DNA from: Candidatus Eiseniibacteriota bacterium
Lineage (GTDB): Bacteria; Eisenbacteria; RBG-16-71-46
Direction: 5' to 3'
Length of the DNA: 64,000 bases
Assembly (NCBI GenBank): GCA_963717935.1
Contig: CAVQXP010000004.1
Coordinates: forward strand, 1-64,000
Part shown: in pieces, positions 58,688 through 64,000 of the stretch
Layout of the letters: every line of letters begins with the position of its first letter
Position numbering within the stretch: the stretch's first letter is position 1
Made by a program: the position numbers and the translations under genes
The notes under the pieces: model-generated
The model's input: only the letters and a program-made list of their open reading frames with translations
Database searches by the model: none
Told to the model about the DNA's origin: nothing

Positions 58688-59298
58688 CGCGGCGGGCTCA
58701 TGCCGCGGAAGAGATCCATCGTCCACCACAGCGAGACCCGCGTGGCGAACCACGCCAGGGTGGTGACGAGCAACGGCCCCCGCAGGCGCCGCCCGGTGCC
58801 GGCCGACTGGAGCCAGGCCGTGATCGCGATGCGCGCCAGGGTGAGCAGCCCGAGGCTGCCGAACGCCACCCACAGGCCGGGTTCCGCCCCCGGCCAGCGG
58901 TCCCTGAGGAGATGGAGCCCCGCGACCGGGGCCAGCCAGGGCGCGAGCGCCGGCGCGCGCCCCGCCAGTGCGGTCACGCCCTGCGCGAAGCGGTCCACCA
59001 GCGAGAGCGCGACGAGCGCCACGAGGAAGCGGGCGTACGGCAGGTGCGCGCCGCGCGCGCGCCACCACAGGGTGTAGACGAGCGCCTCGACCGCGCTCGC
59101 GGCCAGGCGCGCCAGCACCATGATGGTGGCCGCGACGGCGAGGTTCAGGTGCTGCCCGGCGCCGAGCTCACTCCCCTGCCGCAGGCCCAGCTCCCACCAC
59201 GATGCGAGGGCGATGACGAACAGGAAGACGTTCATCCGGTGCATGCGGCGATTGTCGGGCGCCGCGCGCGCGGCCAGGGCCGCAGCCGACGAGTCCAT
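58684..59298 (-). CDS. Multi-pass membrane protein (Yip1-like)
   Basis: SD AAGGAGG; ~5 hydrophobic segments; YARFLVAL and GSLGLLTL..W pattern reminiscent of Yip1 domains. Confidence 0.65.
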   Translation of the reverse strand: MDSSAAALAARAAPDNRRMHRMNVFLFVIALASWWELGLRQGSELGAGQHLNLAVAATIMVLARLAASAVEALVYTLWWRARGAHLPYARFLVALVALSLVDRFAQGVTALAGRAPALAPWLAPVAGLHLLRDRWPGAEPGLWVAFGSLGLLTLARIAITAWLQSAGTGRRLRGPLLVTTLAWFATRVSLWWTMDLFRGMSPPR

Positions 59299-59368
59299 CG
59301 GGACCTCCTTGCGGGGGGCACCCGGCGGCGGGCCGGCGGGTCGGGACCGGGAGCGAGGCGGCCGGACC

Positions 59369-59383
59369 GCAAGGCGCGTGCCG
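59369..59383 (-). promoter_or_regulatory. Sigma54 (-24/-12) promoter of the peptide cassette
   Basis: CGGCACG-CGCC-TTGC with exact GG-N10-GC spacing, ~70 nt upstream of the first ATG. Confidence 0.7.
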
Positions 59384-59475
59384 CGCGGGGAAGCGCGGCG
59401 CAGGCATCACCCGCTCGCGCCCGGGATGCCGGCCACCGTCCACGACGCTCCGCGTTCCGTCCACGGCGTGGACGG

Positions 59476-60573
59476 CTAGCCGCTCGTGGTGGAGCCCAGC
59501 GCTTCGAGCCGCTCGGCCATGTCGGCGGCCAGCAGCGCCTCGGAGAGATCGTCGAGGTGGCCCTCGAGGATCTCCGGCAGGTTGTGCACGGAGAAGTTGA
59601 TGCGGTGGTCCGTGACCCGGCTCTGCGGGAAATTGTACGTCCGGATCTTGGCGCTGCGGTCGCCGGTCGAGACCTGCGACTTGCGCTGCGCGGCGTACTT
59701 CGCCTGCTGGGCCTGCAGCTTCGCGTCGTAGAGCCGGGCGCGCAGCACCTTCATGGCCTTCGCGCGGTTCTTGATCTGCGAGCGCTCGTCCTGGCAGGTG
59801 ACGACGAGGTTCGTCGGCAGGTGGGTGATGCGCACGGCGGAGTCGGTGGTGTTGACGCCCTGCCCGCCGGGGCCGCCGGCGCGGTAGACGTCCACGCGGA
59901 TGTCCTTCTCCTGGATGTCCACGTCGACCTCCTCGACCTCGGGCAGCACCGCCACCGTGGCGGCCGAGGTGTGGATGCGGCCCGACGCCTCGGTCTCGGG
60001 CACGCGCTGCACGCGATGGACGCCGCTCTCGTACTTCATGCGCCGGTACACGGCGTCGCCCTCGAGCGAGAAGATGATCTCCTTGAAGCCGCCCACGCCC
60101 GAGGGGCTCGAGGACAGGATCTCCTGCTTCCAGCCCTGGCGCTCGGCGTACTTCGTGTACATGCGGGTCAGGTCGCCGGCGAAGAGCGAGGCCTCGTCGC
60201 CCCCGGTCCCGGCGCGGATCTCGACGATGACGTTCTTGTCGTCGTCCGGGTCGCGGGGCAGCAGCAGGCGCTTGAGCGTGCTCTCGAGCTGCTCGAGGCG
60301 AGCCCGCAGCTCGGGCAGCTCGGCGCGTGCCAGCTCGGCCAGCTCCTCGTCGCCCGAGACCACCGCCTGCTCGTCGTCGGCGAGGGTCCGCTCGACGCTC
60401 CGGTGCTCGGCCAGCGTGCGGATGGTCTCCTCGAGCCGGGCTCGTTCGCGCGACAGGTCGCGGAGCTTCTTCGGGTCACTGACGATCTCGCCCACCCCGA
60501 GCATGCCGGTCAGCTCGGCGAAGCGCTCCTCGACCTTCCTGAGCGCCTCCCACATGCCGTTCGAGGTACTCAT
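59476..60573 (-). CDS. prfA: Peptide chain release factor 1
   Basis: VQRVPETE (PxT motif), [15 protein letters not shown]. Confidence 0.98.
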   Translation of the reverse strand: MSTSNGMWEALRKVEERFAELTGMLGVGEIVSDPKKLRDLSRERARLEETIRTLAEHRSVERTLADDEQAVVSGDEELAELARAELPELRARLEQLESTLKRLLLPRDPDDDKNVIVEIRAGTGGDEASLFAGDLTRMYTKYAERQGWKQEILSSSPSGVGGFKEIIFSLEGDAVYRRMKYESGVHRVQRVPETEASGRIHTSAATVAVLPEVEEVDVDIQEKDIRVDVYRAGGPGGQGVNTTDSAVRITHLPTNLVVTCQDERSQIKNRAKAMKVLRARLYDAKLQAQQAKYAAQRKSQVSTGDRSAKIRTYNFPQSRVTDHRINFSVHNLPEILEGHLDDLSEALLAADMAERLEALGSTTSG

Positions 60574-61509
60574 TGGATGAACGCCATCTCTCCCTGCGCG
60601 GACGCGCCGGCGCGCTCGAGGGCGAGCACGGTCTCGTCATTGCGCACGCGCTCCAGCGCCGCGATCGCCACGGCGCACATGTCGGCGTCGGGCTCGCGCG
60701 TGGTGAGCCGCTGGAACTGCATCCCGGGCCAGACCAGCCAGCGCACCACGGGCCGGGTCGCGTGGCGGCCCGAGAGCCGCACGAACTCGAAGGCGATGCC
60801 GGCGATGAGCGGCATGCACGCGATGCGCAGCAGGTGGTCGCCCACGCCGCGCGGCTTCCCGATGAAGCTGAAGACCACGACACTCACGACCACCACCAGG
60901 AACAGGAACGAGGTGCCGCAGCGCGGGTGCAGACGCGAGAACGTCATCACGCTCTCGGGTGTCAGCGGCGCGCCACTCTCGATCGCGTGGATGGACTTGT
61001 GCTCGGCGCCGTGGTAGCCGAGCACGCGGCGCATCTCCTTCCACTGGCTGATGAGCAGCAGGTAGAGCACGAACACGAGCAGCCGGAACACGCCGTCCAC
61101 CACGCCGAAGCCCACGCGATCGTGGAAGCCGAGCGCGCCGGTCACGCGCGCGGGCAGGATGACGAAGAGGAACATGCCGAGCGTCAGCGAGAGCGCCACG
61201 GTCGCGAACTGGAGGCCCTGCTGGGCCACCGAGGGCTTCGCCTCCGGCTTCGCGTCCTCGGTCGCGGCTGGCCTCGTCGGCGCTGAAGTTGAGCGCCGAC
61301 ACCCCGAGCCCGAGGGTCTCGAAGAGCGAGACGGCCCCGCGCACGACCGGCCAGCCCAGGAGCTTGAAGCGCCGGGTGACCGAGGAAAAGGGGCGCTCGA
61401 GGAAGGCGAGCGTGCCGTCCGGACGGCGCACGGCCACCGCCATCCGCGAGGGCGAGCGCATCATGACGCCTTCGATGACGGCCTGGCCGCCGACCGGCAG
61501 GAACGGCAT
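60570..61509 (-). CDS. DUF1385 membrane protein (frameshift at ~61269)
   Basis: [35 protein letters not shown]; usual rpmE-DUF1385-prfA context. Confidence 0.88.
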
Positions 61510-61576
61510 GGGTCCTCCAGTTGCACGAACGGCCCCCGGCCGGCGGCAGGACCGGACGGGAGCCGAACGCGGGACG

Positions 61577-61852
61577 CTACTGCCCGGCGGTCTCGGGAGT
61601 CTTGGGAGCCTCGGGCGTCTCGGGCGTCTCACCGGCCTGGCTGTAGCGCCGGCGGAAGCGCTCGATGCGTCCAGCCCTGTCCATGATCTTCTGCTTGCCC
61701 GTGAAGAAAGGATGGCAGTTGGAGCAAATCTCCAGATGGACCTTCCCGTCGGAGTTGCTGGGCTCCTGGGTGGTCCGCGTCTGCCACTCGTTGCCGCAGC
61801 TCGCGCAGTGCAGAGTCTGCAGCTTGTAGACGGGATGGATACCGGCTCTCAT
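61577..61852 (-). CDS. rpmE: 50S ribosomal protein L31 (Zn type) with Pro/Glu/Thr-rich tail
   Basis: [31 protein letters not shown]. Confidence 0.96.
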   Translation of the reverse strand: MRAGIHPVYKLQTLHCASCGNEWQTRTTQEPSNSDGKVHLEICSNCHPFFTGKQKIMDRAGRIERFRRRYSQAGETPETPEAPKTPETAGQ

Positions 61853-61942
61853 CGATTCCTCCAGGTGGGTCCTGCCGGAGCCAGCGGGCCCTGCGAGACC
61901 GGACTCGACCGCGCTGAATCCCCGACATGACAGCGGCCGAGG

Positions 61943-61971
61943 ATTATGCCCGAAGCGGGCGCGGATGCCAA
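61943..61971 (-). promoter_or_regulatory. Sigma70-type promoter of rpmE
   Basis: TTGGCA - 17 nt - CATAAT. Confidence 0.6.
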
Positions 61972-62102
61972 ACCACCGCCCTGGGGGAGCACCGGAGGAC
62001 GATCCTGCCACGGGGGGTAGCCCACGCCGGCCAACGGGGAAGCCGGGCACCGCCGGACCGGACCGCGGGGCCCCGGCGGGAGAGGTCCGGCCGGGCCCCG
62101 GC

Positions 62103-62459
62103 TCAGAGGGTGATGACCTTGGCGGCCTCGAGTTGGGCGCTGAGGATGTCGGGCATCGCGCAGGCGCTGCCGACGCGCTGCCGGTCCTTGAGGCCGTAGA
62201 ACTCGAGACAGGTCGTGCACACCAGCAACCGGCAGCCACGCTGCTCGAGCGACCGCAGCATCTCGAGCACGGGGGAGCCCTCGCAGACGAGGTGCACGCC
62301 ATCGGTGTAGAAGCACAGCGCGTGCGGCGTGAGGTCGCCCGCGAGCAGCAGCCCGAGGTACTTGCCCATCAGCGCGAGCTGCAACTCGGGCTCGCCCGAT
62401 CCGAGCCCCTCGCGCGGGACCAGGATGACGGTGGCGGCGAGCGATGCTTCGCCGCTCAT
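62103..62459 (-). CDS. DsrE/YedF-like sulfurtransferase family protein
   Basis: [34 protein letters not shown]. Confidence 0.8.
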   Translation of the reverse strand: MSGEASLAATVILVPREGLGSGEPELQLALMGKYLGLLLAGDLTPHALCFYTDGVHLVCEGSPVLEMLRSLEQRGCRLLVCTTCLEFYGLKDRQRVGSACAMPDILSAQLEAAKVITL

Positions 62460-62497
62460 CGGGGACTCCTCGCAACGCGGGCCACGGATCGTCCAGG

Positions 62498-63781
<1,284 letters not shown>

Positions 63782-64000
63782 CGTTCGCCTTCGTTTGTCG
63801 GCGCAACCGCCTCCGGGGGAGCACCTCTCGGCCGAAGACCGAAAGGCCCTGCCGGATCGCGGTGGGTGGCCGTGGGGCGGACCGGATGCCGGTCCGCTGG
63901 CCTGGGGTGGATTGGGCTCGGGACGGGTTGGTCCTGGCGGCTGTCCGCGGCTTCCGGACTGGCGTGCAGCGGCGCTGGACGGTTTCCTCGGGTGGATGCT

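Noticed and set aside
61580..61635. Short 9-nt tandem repeats as a CRISPR or VNTR element
   Set aside because: They encode the [14 protein letters not shown] low-complexity tail of L31. No CRISPR array, cas gene, rRNA or transposase was seen anywhere in the window.

Overview
The window is a chimera of two genomes. Bases 1-~2590 are lower-GC, archaeal-type DNA carrying an adenosine-specific kinase family gene, a threonine/serine dehydratase and an Mrp/NBP35 ATPase. They are fused mid-gene at ~2590/2591 to a very GC-rich bacterial chromosome; its phylum cannot be determined from the sequence alone, though the gene repertoire suggests an FCB-related lineage such as Ca. Eisenbacteria (low-confidence inference). 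The bacterial part is almost all on the minus strand. It holds the tRNA-tuf-rpmG-secE-nusG-rplKAJL-rpoBC-rpsLG-fusA cluster, then cysS, ddl, gltX, ispDF, radA, mlaDEF, intein-containing dnaB, udg, coaBC, rpoZ, gmk and yicC. After these come a HigBA-like TA pair, an atypical two-component system, a short NFACT gene, a DUF2075 nuclease-helicase, selB, murA, prmC, prfA, rpmE and rho. About eight single-base frameshifts, several in essential genes, look like long-read errors. Two candidate undescribed systems stand out. (1) At 19774-23519, a secreted small precursor protein and a TPR-sensor sigma54 activator are followed by a perfect palindromic enhancer, a -24/-12 promoter and a ~430-nt structured RNA that lacks a convincing ORF, displays an anti-Shine-Dalgarno loop and ends in a terminator. 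This looks like a peptide-signal -> sigma54 -> sRNA circuit. (2) At 57578-59383, a sigma54-promoted cassette lies between prfA and prmC and encodes a multi-TM protein, a CPHC thioredoxin-like protein and two secreted Cys-paired hydrophobic peptides (bacteriocin-like). RpoB also carries the rifamycin-resistance-type H526N residue.
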